DNA of 62,803 nt, filler included, from Gonapodya sp. JEL0774 (Eukaryota): NCBI GenBank assembly GCA_027604505.1. It is 21 parts of 21 records of this genome, joined end to end, with 100 filler letters (N's around TTAATTAATTAA, not from the genome) between each part and the next. Parts side by side here need not be neighbours in the genome. Positions count along the whole stretch, not along the records: positions 1 to 2,916 come from JADIIX010001590.1; positions 3,017 to 5,931 come from JADIIX010001591.1; positions 6,032 to 8,943 come from JADIIX010001592.1; positions 9,044 to 11,953 come from JADIIX010001593.1; 17 more parts are not named here. One strand, given 5' to 3'. Position numbers and translations under genes: made by a program. Positions within the stretch are counted from its first letter, which is position 1. Each line of letters begins with the position of its first letter. The notes beneath the pieces are model-generated. The model was not told where the DNA came from and ran no database searches. It worked only from the letters and a program-made list of their open reading frames with translations. Below are positions 1 through 11,953 of this stretch, in pieces.

Positions 1-1116
1 TCTGCAGCTGCACTCGGAAGACCGCATCAGAAAGAAACGATGTTCGAAATAGTCGACCTGATGTCCATAAAAGATCAAAGGAAACGAATTCCTCACCCTG
101 GATACCGATTGGAGCTCATCAGAGATCTGGCAGAAGTTCAGAGAGGTGAAAACGACGGGACGGATCTGAAAGGTGGCAATAGTACTGGTGGACGGTCCCC
201 GCCGCCAAATGATGTTGTAAGTCTCCTACTGAGAGAGTTGGTGCTTACGACGGGTATTCCACTGATGCTCCACAGAATGTGAGAGTAGATGATAATGCTC
301 ATGGGTCACCAGCACCCACGGGAGACATCAGCAAGTCCAACTCGGGTGAAGCAGGTTCTGGAACGCTTGAATTGGTTCGCGAAGTGCTCAACAATTTGGC
401 GGACTTGACTGCTGCACTGGATAGTGTGGCCACTTGGAAGGATTCTTTTCTAAAGTTGCCGAGTGTGGGCCCCAATGTCAAGGCTGATGCCTTGATTGTG
501 GTATCGAAAGCAATGAGATCGTGAGTGGTGTCTTCGGGTGATAAAACGACGAATCGAGACAAGGTTTTGAGTATTCTTTTGTTATTGGGATGCTATGTCG
601 TTTCTATCGAACTACTGCTCGCGTACCAGTGGTCAGCTCCTCTATCCACCTCTGATGGATCTCCTACGTCTGGCACATCTCTGCTCTCGACCGTGGCACC
701 TCCGACAGAGTGCAGTTATAGCACTTGAGGATGATTTTGCGTTACATTCTCGCTGTCTTGATGTCGCGATCTCGCGGATTGAGAAGGCAGAGGGCGAATG
801 CAAGAGGGAGAAGAGTAGACGCACGTTGAAGATGTGGGAGAATATGGTCGGCAGACTGTTGGTGCGGAAGTGGCCGGAAAACTTTGTAGGATTAGTACCG
901 AGGTGGATGCTAGAAGGGGCAGGAATGGGGTGAGAGTTTCACGTCCCCCATTCTGCGGAATCGCGTTGGGTTCATGTTCGTTGCAGGCCTCCCCCTGACA
1001 ACATTGCATCCACTCCCGGACTCGATTCGTCCCGCGTTTTCAATTCTCGAGCCATATTACGCCCTGGTACGACACCTTCTTTATCTGAGGAACCTGAGAC
1101 AGAACCACGATGTGAG

Positions 1117-2916
1117 ATGGAGGACAAGACTACGATGACAGACTCCCCGACAACTCCCCCCGATTCTCCTGCTGCACTGCAAGAACAGGTTATGGGGAAA
1201 GGAGAAGCGTCGTCCATAATGCCATCATCGGCTGGACTAGCAACGGCTACAATCATCACGTCAGCACCGTCCACTCCTGCGGCAGCGTCTAACATAGTAT
1301 ATGTTACTATTCCTGTTTCATCCTCCCTCGGTGATGTTCGCGCCACCAATCGGCAGCAATCGATCTTTTCACGGTTGAAACCACCTCTGACGGAAATGAC
1401 TCGCATCCGTCGCGCCCACCACAAGAACCCATATTCTCCGTGGAAGAAGCGAAAAAATGAGCATCGTATCTCATCTCAATTCACCATGAGAGTTGGACAC
1501 TTTGAGCGTAATCGCCCAAGATCGTTTTCAGACCCTGATGTCGAGAGTCTTGCCCTCGAGTGGTTCGAAGGTGAATGTCGCCCTCTAAGACGACTATCAA
1601 GCTTTTCAGGAAAGGAATGGAACGTTTTGGAAGCGAAGAGTGGCGTCGAACAGGAATGGCGTCAGCAAGGCACAGGCGATTTTAAAGTCCCTACCCTGCC
1701 TGCTTCAGTGTCTGACATCGAGGAGATCTATGATGTGAGATCAGCGTTGATGGTTTCAAATTTTTTCCGTCACTGTAACGTGTCACAATCCAGGCGTTTG
1801 AATATTCGACTCCGCGGCCTTACATTATAAAGGAGAGTGCCATGTCAGTATTGGAATCCCCCAAGCTTTATACATCAAGGGAAGCAAATCCCATTGATAA
1901 TGGATCCCAGGAGTCTCTTGAAAATTTGTCCACCAGGAAGGCAGCTCCGCAAAGCTCTCTGACAGTTTCCTCCTCGACTTCCACATCCGAGGATGACCCG
2001 AGAGCTGGTGCATCACGATCCGCCGGAGACCACAACAAATCTTTTAGGCACATGTCTGTTGTTACTGAAAATGGCGTACTGGAAGGGTTTGTGGACGACC
2101 CTCCTCCCATGGCTGAAAATCGAGAAAGTATAAAACACACATCAAGAGGAATGAGTCATGGTCGACGTGTATCCAACCCGTTGCATCAATCTCGACGGGG
2201 ATCCGCAGCATATGATAGTAATGCTGCTTTGTCTTTGGTCATGATTGGAACCCGCCCGACATCTCCCTCGGAGCTCGCAATGCAATCGGATGGACATATA
2301 TCACCGATAATTGATCATCCTGAGTCTACGATCGATTTATCTCCGAAGAAAGGTCTTCCCGCACCTGAAAAGCTGACATACTCGCTTCAGGAGGTGATGG
2401 AACTGACGCTACTACATACGCAGCAACTGGAAATGATGCAACGAGAATATTCGTGAGTTGATTTAATGCCATCTGAAGTGGAACCTTCGAGCTCAGCACT
2501 TCAAGCATCTGTCCATCAAGGAATCAGCTTGAGTCGCTCCGCGGACAGCTTTCACAAGCTCAGACCAGTCATAGGTCCACAAATGAGTCGACATTGCCTT
2601 CGCTACGGCCTCCGGAACTTGTGGCAAAATCACGGAGCTTTGTGTCATCTCAGGGTAACATTGCCTCCCAATATGAGGATAAATCTTTGGATCCATTCCA
2701 ATCTTCATCAAGATCGCTCCCAAGCACCTCCAATGCCGAGCAGGAGGTTCATCGGGCGGAGATTGTAAATGCATCCGCTTTTCAGTCCTCCGCAGAACGA
2801 AACGCGTCTCGAGAACACATGAACAAGAATAGAAAGACCGCCAGAAAAGAGGGAGCAATATTAAACGGTGGTACTAAGAAACATCCAGAATCAACCATGA
2901 AAGATAAGACTAGGCG
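1117..2916 (+). CDS. Uncharacterised S/P/T-rich protein, probably multi-exon, 3'-partial
   Basis: Consecutive + strand ORFs (1117-1830, 1842-2456, 2594-end) separated by GT..AG-like gaps; no recognisable domain. Confidence 0.35.
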
Positions 2917-3016
2917 NNNNNNNNNNNNNNNNNNNNNNNNNNNNNNNNNNNNNNNNNNNNTTAATTAATTAANNNNNNNNNNNNNNNNNNNNNNNNNNNN
3001 NNNNNNNNNNNNNNNN
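2917..3016. other. Artificial contig spacer, 44N-TTAATTAATTAA-44N (first of 20; others start at 5932, 8944, 11954, 14962, 17968, 20970, 23972, 26971, 29967, 32961, 35953, 38941, 41927, 44913, 47898, 50882, 53865, 56847, 59826)
   Basis: An identical 100-nt linker with stops in all six frames recurs about every 3 kb, and the intervening contig lengths decrease monotonically. Confidence 0.99.
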
Positions 3017-3153
3017 TCGGCAGCGGGGAGGTAAGTCGAGGGCTTTTCACCGGCAGGGACGGAGGACAAGTCGATGAAGTTAAGGGAGGCCGTAATTTTG
3101 CGAGGGCGAGTTGCGGGTTTCTTGATTGATTGGGATTCGACCTGGACGCTCAT
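3017..3153 (-). CDS. N-terminal fragment, possibly a CmcJ/AsaB-like oxidoreductase
   Basis: MSVQVESQSIKKPATRPRKITASLNFIDL...GEKPSTY resembles the 'TASLNY...GEKPYxY' start of this family; cut by the contig end. Confidence 0.3.
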
Positions 3154-4106
3154 TCTGTTTAGAGTTGACTGGGTTTTGTTCGGACTCTGCGTGTATGTGA
3201 ATTTCGTGAAGATCGTCAATTAATTCGGAAATAGAATTCGCAGATTCCCAGTGCTTTTATCTGCACGAACGAGCGCGGTTTCGAAGATCTCCAAACGAGC
3301 TCTGTTTCGAAACCACGCAGGCCACAGCAAAGGTTCCATGGCGTCATATTATTGTGAGTTTCGGAGACACCGCATTTCAGGTAGTAAGCAGCAAATACTA
3401 TTCTGTTGGAACTGGAGTAGTGGAAATGGGGACACCGAGAGTCGCAGAGGATTGCATGCCGTTGGGCGGACTCGGTTTGGTTCGTTGCCGAGTGCTCAAT
3501 AGAAGAAAACAACCTACCCAACGTGGACGTTTGGGCACCGGGCACCGGGCACATCGCGATTGGTAAGCTCTTCGATACTCAGCAATAAATTGGGACAACT
3601 GGTGTTTGTGAACAATTGAAGCCCCCAGTATCCTATGAGTTCACGACACAGCAAACGGACAACGGCGTGATCCATTGCGTGAAATCTCATCGCTGACAGC
3701 GCACTCGGATCAAAATAACGAAAAATTTCTAGCGATTTCAAGAGCCGTCCTTCGCCTAGTACATCCGTCTCATCATAACTGTGTGAGTAGCCGCGTAAAC
3801 TTCTACTCACAATTTGACTACGACCCACTACCTCTGAGAAGCCGTTGGGACACATGGAAAACAATATCTCTATTTTGGTTGACATTATTCAATTTTTGCT
3901 GATTGTGACCTTCCCTTCCATAAAATATGCGGCAGTCCCATTACATATATATTGACTACCTTCACAGTCACTTGACCCCTGGAGAACTGTCTCGTGCAGA
4001 TTTATAGACTCCGCCTACTACTCCTCTTTGTCCTCGGATATCCATCCGGTCCCGTCTTCCTCATCAAATGACTATCGACCGTCCCCCTCCTCCAGTCCTT
4101 CACAAC

Positions 4107-5462
4107 ATGACGGCCACTCTTCCCACAGAGCTATTGCAAAAAGTCTTCCGATTTCTCCCGCCTCAGACTGTCTACGGCGTGATTCCGCGCGTGTGCCGTC
4201 GTTTTCGAGACGCATCGTGGGACGCTATTCCAGGATGTCCGTCTGGATCGGTCGGGATCGCCTGCGATGTTCTCGCACGGCGCTGGGATTCCCAGTCCGT
4301 ACCTTTCGGAATCGTATTAGATCGTAATCTGAATGGCTTTGAATGCGTTGATTACCGAGGCGAAGTTGTTTGGACGGCGTTGAAGACAAGAGTCGTCCTG
4401 ACACTTTCCAAAGCCGCAGAAACGCCGCCGGACCGGTTCGATGCCGTCCTGGAGAGTCACATTTTCGACACGCCTGGAAGCAGCTCGAGCGCAGGAAAAC
4501 CACCACGTCGGGACAGGGTGAAGGTTGCGGTGAGCGCGATACGGATCCACCTGTGGAGCACCTTGCAGAGGTTCGCGGAGGTGTTCGCGGACAGCAAAAG
4601 AATTGACGATATGAGAGCGAATGGGCTCGTTGCTATGGAGGCGCTCATACGGTATGCAGGGAAGACACATGTTCGAGAGTTCGCACTCTGTGGTGGGTGC
4701 TTGGACATTCTGTCGAAACTCGCACCAGACGTGACTGCAGACTCTGTGGAGCGCTTGAAAGCCGCCAATGACACGAAAGCAAAGTGGCATCGCAATCTTC
4801 CCACCCTCCTTCAAGTGTTCCCCTCGGCGAGCAGCCTGGTTGGTCTTGCCTTCTATGATTCAAAGGCAACGAAACGGGTCAAGCTAGCGGCCTCACCGAA
4901 GTGGAGCGACATCGATTACCCCGCATTTTCCACCAGATGCGCATCGATCACCTCTTTGGAAGTGTCTCCAAGTCGCTACGTCGACGTCGACCTCTTGGAG
5001 ATTTTGACCATGTACCCGAACCTGCAGACGTTGCGCACCATCTCGATGGACCCTGTTCTGCACATTTCTCAGCTTACTCCCTTGGATATGAACTTCCCCA
5101 GTCTTAAAACTCTCTACCTGTTTTTTGATTCCATTTCACTTGAGTTGGCGCCTGCGGACTCTGGGGTATCCGAGCGAGCAGTCGAGTTCGCTTCCGTCGT
5201 AGGTCATCTCTTCCCAAACCTATCATACCTCCACATCAACCACACTGCAGGCTCTCAACGTGCCGTTTCCACACTCGGAGTTTTCTTTGACCAGATCTTT
5301 CGTGCCGTACCTCCGCACTGCACCGTTTTACTTGCTGTACCATTTCTACATCAAGCGTTTGCAACAGTGTTCCGGCAAGTACTCCACTACTGGCCCTCGA
5401 TCCTTCATGATTGGAATGCCGATATGCCTGCGAAAGTTCGTGGTGAGGTGCTGGTCGAGTAA
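4107..5462 (+). CDS. F-box protein with LRR-like C-terminal region
   Basis: Intronless ORF beginning LPTELLQKVFRFLPPQTVYGVIPRVCRRFR (F-box consensus), with later 'PNLQTL', 'FPSLKTLYL' and 'FPNLSYLHI' LRR-like motifs. Confidence 0.8.
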   Translation: MTATLPTELLQKVFRFLPPQTVYGVIPRVCRRFRDASWDAIPGCPSGSVGIACDVLARRWDSQSVPFGIVLDRNLNGFECVDYRGEVVWTALKTRVVLTLSKAAETPPDRFDAVLESHIFDTPGSSSSAGKPPRRDRVKVAVSAIRIHLWSTLQRFAEVFADSKRIDDMRANGLVAMEALIRYAGKTHVREFALCGGCLDILSKLAPDVTADSVERLKAANDTKAKWHRNLPTLLQVFPSASSLVGLAFYDSKATKRVKLAASPKWSDIDYPAFSTRCASITSLEVSPSRYVDVDLLEILTMYPNLQTLRTISMDPVLHISQLTPLDMNFPSLKTLYLFFDSISLELAPADSGVSERAVEFASVVGHLFPNLSYLHINHTAGSQRAVSTLGVFFDQIFRAVPPHCTVLLAVPFLHQAFATVFRQVLHYWPSILHDWNADMPAKVRGEVLVE

Positions 5463-6031
5463 ACTGTCGAACTCCAGCTCAAATGCAGACTGCAGTGTTA
5501 GGGACGGATTTCAGTTGTTGTGAGTGGATGAGATCGCAATCAGCATTTCTATCATGTGTTGTCCTCACCGCGTGGACTTGATTTCCACTACAATATGAAT
5601 CAGCCGTGTATAGTTGATGGATACATTCGGTCCCGTAATTAATGTCGGTGATGAATGATGATAGCTAACTCGGTGGTGTCAGTTTTGCCATGAAAGCTAA
5701 CATGTCATGTCTATAGTTTATGTCTTTCGACACCAAATGCAATGGTTGGGAAGGGTACTGGCATTGTCAACAAACTCCAAGATGTTCTATGCTTGCGTTC
5801 AACCAAAAGTCGGCTAGTCTGATGCAATTATGGAAAGAGGTCTGAGTGATATGTTCAGTACGAGGAGGGGAGCAATTATTTTCGATGGTGGCAGTTGCAG
5901 TGCCACAACTGTGTTTTCATGTGCTTGCGTGNNNNNNNNNNNNNNNNNNNNNNNNNNNNNNNNNNNNNNNNNNNNTTAATTAATTAANNNNNNNNNNNNN
6001 NNNNNNNNNNNNNNNNNNNNNNNNNNNNNNN

Positions 6032-7313
6032 CCAAATGCTCGCCCATCTTGGTCGGGTCGAGAGCGCATCCAGACTTGTCCCTTCTCTTCTTCATCCCTT
6101 TCACCGCGCGCAGGAAACCGCCCGCATTATGGTTGGTTGCGAGGTCGTCGAAGTACGAGTGGAACAAGGCAGTACGCTTACGAAGCGCTCCTGCCCGGTA
6201 CACCCGCGCCTTCTCCGACGCCACCGACTGAAACGCCTTTGTCCGCGAGGGGGCGTTGTCGTCGATGGCCGATTTCCGCGCCTTGTGCACCGCTTCTTCC
6301 AACTCACGACGGTCCTGAGCGAGAACAACGTCTTCTTCAAATTCCTCGGCGATCCTATTCGACCACTCCAGGTATCCGATGGACTTCTCGCCGGCTCTTT
6401 TGAGGGCATCGTAGAAGGAGGAGGCGAGTTGGTCGATTGGGTGTTGGGCATCGCTGGAGGGCCCTGCACGCACAAGTGTCCATTCCACCGCAGCACATCG
6501 ATTTCTCAAGTCCCTCAGTTCCTCATCTGCCTCCAACGCCTCTAGATACTTCTTTTTTGCTTGAAAACGTTGTAATTTCCGGACATTCCATCTCTTGATG
6601 TGTTTGTCGACGAGTTTTGGTCCCGGCAGAGAGAAAGTGAGGGGTGCATGATCCGATCCCCCCAGCGCCTTCAATTCATGTACCCGTAGATCCAGAATAG
6701 GGAACGTAGATAGAACGACATCTGTAATTCCTTTTCCCCCCTTCCTCCCGAACGAAGTCCATTTGCCCTCGACGGGCTTCTGCACAGAAAACACTGAATG
6801 GTCCAGAATTTCCTCCAAAAGTCGCCCTCGCCTATCTGTTGTATGATCGCCTGTCAATTCCGCGGATCGAGCGTTGAGGTCACTGCATATGACTACGTCT
6901 CGGCCAGGGGTTGTGCCGTTCCCCACAGCACACTCCTCGCCTAACTTCACCAGTTCCCGCAGCAATTCGTCGTTATCCTCTGGTGTAATATAAGCGAATA
7001 TCACTGTTGTTCCATTGAGCTCCAAAACGACCCCTCGATTCCCCAGTTTGGACCCGACTTCCCGGCTCGCCGCTTCTGCCCCTGCATTCCACGCTGTCAC
7101 CAGCAATCCGCGGTCGAATTTCCTTCCCCCCGACCTATAGCCTTTCTTTTCATTAGTTATATTCGAAATATGATGTCCAAAAGGTGGATTGGACGACGAA
7201 GAAAGCCATGTCTCGCATAAAAGCGAGACATCCACTTCGAACTCGCGGGCAGCTTCCTTCACTGCCTTCACTTTGCCCGCGAGTCCGTTCAGATTTGACA
7301 TTAGGAACTTCAT
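6032..7313 (-). CDS. LINE ORF2, endonuclease (EEP/APE) domain; RT region not in contig
   Basis: Motifs SNLNGL, LLCETW, SDLNAR, TDVVLS and GSDHAPL match the APE endonuclease blocks in order. Confidence 0.85.
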
Positions 7314-7995
7314 GCGTGGCTTAATGCCGAGCTTGAAGTTCCGGAGTCAACCTCCATATCCCGTTGTTGTGTGCTCCCCACCGAATCCTTCCCCTTCCAG
7401 TACGGCCTGTCCCGGTGCCCCAGCTTCGCGAACGGGTTCCGTACAAATTTTCTGTATTCAATGAGGATAAGATTCCGCATTTCGTCCGAAGCGCCGTCCA
7501 GCACTGTCTCCTGGAATTCCCGTGAGCGGGACATCCTGCACAGGTCCGCCGTTCGTCTAGCTGTGATAGATTTCGACTGGTCCTGTGTCTGCCGAGTGTG
7601 TTTCGGTGGGGCGAATGGGTCGGTTTCAGGCTCGAGAATGAGCCCAAGACCAAGAGCCGCTTCCTCCACTTTATTCTCGTCATCCGCTGGAACCACCAGT
7701 TCCACGATTCCTCCCGGCAGCATCGACGCTGCAGATACCTCCTTCACCACTCCCATCTCCCGAATCATCCCTCCGATTCGTTTTCTTCGCTCTGGAAGGG
7801 AGGCGTCGATTAGTGGCATTGGATTTCGAGGCCGTGCGAACACACGGACGAATGTCCGTGGCGCGGGGCGGTCTTGGAAGAGTTCCGCGACTCTCAAAGG
7901 ACGAATGAAATCAGTTTCGCGGCGTTTGGGGCGGATGGGTGGACCGCCGCCTTTCGTCACTGCCTCCGAGTAAGTGCCTGATTGCCCGTTTCCCC
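7310..7995 (-). CDS. LINE ORF1 (gag-like), apparently 5'-truncated
   Basis: Open frame directly upstream of ORF2 with a 'TYSEAVTK' motif of the SYAxAV type; its TGA overlaps the ORF2 ATG (ATGA). Confidence 0.6.
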
Positions 7996-8017
7996 CCCTA
8001 ACCCTAACCCTAACCCT
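7996..8017 (-). repeat. Short telomeric tract, (CCCTAA)3 CCCT = AGGG(TTAGGG)3 on the minus strand
   Basis: Read directly: ccctaaccctaaccctaaccct. Confidence 0.9.
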
Positions 8018-9043
8018 CAACAAAGTTGTCGGAGACTACATATAGTGGAGGCCGGCTGCGCCACCACTGCCACCTGAGGATGTGAACAAACAGAAAACTT
8101 CAGCGCGGATTTCAACCTACCTTGTCAATCTCTCCTACCTTCTCCAAATCAAGGACAGAAAGCTTGCTTATAATTCGCTCAACATCTGCAAATCACGTTT
8201 CGACAGTTGTCAGATCGGGTTTAAAAGAGACCTCAAGATCGCTCAACTTCGTCGCCCTCTGCAACGTTGAAAATGAAATCCGCAGTGGAGTCGGTTCCAC
8301 GAAAGTGCTCTTGGCCGTCAACGCTACCGAGATACGTTGCGAGGGTTAGGCACCGAAAGAATTCGACTTACTATCAGGCAGTTGAGAACGAACAACAAGA
8401 ATGCTCAACAATGAAATTCTTGAATTCAAATGTTTATTATGGGCAAACAACAATGACAGAGGAGCCGCAATGCCTGTACGACCTTCCATTCAATATTGAC
8501 AAACAACCAACGCAAACCCAGCTGTGATGTCTCTTACTGAACAATCATGTACAAGACATCGCAGGTCTCCACACTCGGGACTATAGTGACACTTAGCTGC
8601 CGCAGACCTCTCGATGTCTTTGAATATACATTCATGAGGGGTTTTGCGACCACAAGAAGCTCTTGCAGTCAATGGGCGGTTAATCGGTGATACTAAACTA
8701 AAAGTGAATGGGGTTTGGACGAGAAATGGTTGTGACCCTTTAAATCAGCAATGAAACGTCGGTGAGGATGGATATGGACATCTAAGCGGGCGTGAAACCG
8801 CCGTTACTTCCGAGCCTGAGCCAACCGTACAACACTCATTTTGAACCAATGACCAGATTAGGATGTGGAAGCGCTACTGTTCTACATCGGACGGATTCGC
8901 CGCTTACTACCCTCATTTCCCTTGCGAGTGGGAACGCGGATTCNNNNNNNNNNNNNNNNNNNNNNNNNNNNNNNNNNNNNNNNNNNNTTAATTAATTAAN
9001 NNNNNNNNNNNNNNNNNNNNNNNNNNNNNNNNNNNNNNNNNNN

Positions 9044-11953
9044 GTTTCAGCGGCCTTTCCCTCACTACCAGTACCGCGACGAGCCCGCGACTGGATATTG
9101 ATGTTGTCGACTTTGCTGCTCACCCCGAATCCATACAGACTAAAAATGCGAGCAAGAAGCGGAAAAGGTTTGAGAAGTTTGTTGAGAGGCAGGAGAAGAA
9201 GAAGGAGCACGCAAGGCTGTTGGAGAAATTAGCGTGAGTGAAAGCGATGGTCAAATATCTGCAGCATCTTGTATGACGCCGTTGACCATCCAAATCATAT
9301 GAACAGTGACTCATCCCTCTCCAATCCCCCAACCTCGACGCTGACCTCCGCTCCACCACCACCTGTTATTTCCATGAAACTCCTGGGCCGAGGTAACTTG
9401 TCATTATCCAAAAAAGAACGAGAAGATTCAATGCAAGCCCTTGGCGCAGCTGCGAACGGGGATGTCTCCGCCATTGGTGGGAAGAAGGCCCGCAACAGGA
9501 GAGGAATGAAAGCCATTGCAACGGACTCTCATACTGACAGCGACGACGGAAGTGATAGCGAGATGAACGATGATGAACTAGACAGCGTTGCATCGGATCA
9601 GGAGTCCGATGTTACTAACAGAAGGGAGTCGACGAACCACCACCCCCACAACGGGATTCTACCATCTCCGAAGCAAGTTGAGGTACATGTTTTTTCGGGC
9701 GCAACCACATCTGTCTCAAGCTTTCTAGATGGTGGGGCCGCGGTCAGCAGTGTGCGGGCAGTGAATCCGGCAAAGATGGAGTTTGGCAGTGGTCTCCGCA
9801 AGATATCTACTCCCACTACAAATTACTCGTCTGCTGCTACAACATCAGGGAGCTCGACCGATAAAGGCAATGCCGCGTCACCCGACCCTTCGAGACCGAG
9901 TGTCTTTTCTGGTCTCGTGTTTGGTGGAGCTCTGAAGCGGAAAAATCCCTCTGACATTGTACCGGTCAAGGATAAAGCTTTGACTTGGGCTGCGTCACAG
10001 GTTGCGGATAATTCGAGGAAAAGGAGAAAGGTTGATGTGGCAGAGGACACCGATGATATTCCCGATAGTGCGGATGAGGATGAAAGTGAGAGTGGCGGTA
10101 TCAGTGAGGCTGAAGAAACTGAAAGTGGCCAGGGGAGTGAATCGGAGCATGATGATGTTGGAAGCGGGAGTGACAGCGAGGATATGGAGTCCACACGGAG
10201 CTCGGATGATAAAGGCGGCGATTCCAAAATGGATTCGGTCTCTGCACCACCTGCCGCTCCCATACCCCTTCCCCCACCGACCGCTCCTACCGAACCCCCT
10301 CCACCAGTACCTGTCGTACAATCTTACCCAGTTACTCCTGCCAACCTCGCCACCTCACTTTATCTCACACCCATAACCACTCGTCCAGTCCACATTGTCG
10401 AATCCCGAGCGTCTGACCCCTTACCCATCGCTGCCCACGAGTCCACCATCTATCACTGCATCCTACACAATCCTGTAACAGTAATAGTTGCAGAAACGGG
10501 TTCGGGGAAGACAACGCAGGTGCCTCAGATGGTTCTCGAGTACGGCTTTGGTGATGCAAAGCACCCGCTTTTTCCAGGGATGGTACTTGTGACCGAACCT
10601 CGTCGCGTGGCCGCACGGAGTGTTGCGCAAAGGGTACGAGAGGAAATGGGGTGCGATTTGGCGTCAGAAGGAAGCAAGGAAGGGGGTGGGAACATGTGGA
10701 AGGACGCGGTTGGGTGGGCCGTGCGATATGAGCGAGGTGGTGGGGAAGAAGGACAAGGGTTGCGACTGAAGTTTGTGACCGAGGGAGTGCTGCTCCGCGA
10801 GCTCGCAGTAGCTACATCCACCAATGGGTCGTCAAACGGCGGCGACCCGTTATTGGAAAAGTATTCGTGTATTATACTGGACGAAACTCACACCCGGACA
10901 ACCGCCACGGACGTCCTGCTTGGGTGGCTTACAAGGATCGCCAGTCTTCGGAATCACCCCAAGGCCCTAGAACAGGGCATCAAACCACTTCGATTGGTGG
11001 TGATGAGCGCCACCATGGATGTTGCAGGACTTGTGGAGAACCAACGGCTGTTTGGGAGATCCGTGGGAGGCCGGAAACCACCCGTCGTCAACGTTGATGG
11101 GCGCAGATTCAAAGTCACCGTGCACTACAATCGTCGGACGCCCATTGGAGGTGCGGGAGAGAAAGGGTACCTTCAAGAAGCAATGGACAAGGTGGTGAAG
11201 ATTCACGAAAAGTTACCCGCTGGGGGCATTTTGGTTTTTGTGACCGGACGGAAGGAGGTTGAATGGTTGTGCAGGAAATTGAGAGAGAAATATGGGAGGA
11301 AAGGAATGGGCTCGGGGGAGGATGTGAAGAGTCAGAAACCACCGACGGTAGCGACCGCCGGGTTAGACGGAGCCGCCGACGAGGGTGAGGACGGGGACGA
11401 ATCCGAATCGGACTACGTTGGGGAATTGGAGAGGAGCCGGATACCAAAGCGCGCTCGAAGTGCTGCCAGCGACGGTGACGATTTGGACGATTATGTTGAT
11501 GACGATCATGACAGTGAATCTGAGGAAGAAGACGTTGAGGAGATCGAAGGTGACAGTGGGGATGAGAATGAGAACGTGCCAGCAACAACGGTGCGCGAGG
11601 ACAAAAGGGACGGTGAGTGGCTTGGCTTCTATGCTCGAGCGTTGTAACGGAGCCACTCAACACATCTCGCCGGATCTCCAAAGTGCCCCCACTCCACATT
11701 CTGCCACTCTACTCCTCTCTGCCCCCGTCATCCCAATCTCTCGTCTTTCAACCTCCACCCGAGGGCCACCGCCTGTGCGTCGTGGCGACTAACGTCGCCG
11801 AAACATCTCTCACCATCCCGTCTATCACGTACGTGGTAGATTCTGGCAAAGTCAAGGAGAGGATATACGACGCTGCGACTGGCGTTCAGAGGTACGTTGT
11901 CACATGGACAAGTCAGAGCAGTGCACAACAGCGGGCGGGAAGAGCGGGTAGAA
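9044..11953 (+). CDS. DHR1: DEAH-box RNA helicase Dhr1/Ecm16 (DHX37), partial, spliced
   Basis: N-terminal '[19 protein letters not shown]' motif, [48 protein letters not shown] and QRAGRAGR; acidic insertion typical of Dhr1; intron donors near 9233 and 11613. Confidence 0.88.

Larger units (their letters stand above)
6032..8017 (-). mobile_element. Non-LTR retrotransposon (APE-type LINE), 5'-truncated, 3' part beyond the contig end
   Basis: An ORF1-like frame is followed by an ORF2 with AP-endonuclease motifs; a telomeric repeat sits at the 5' junction. Confidence 0.85.
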
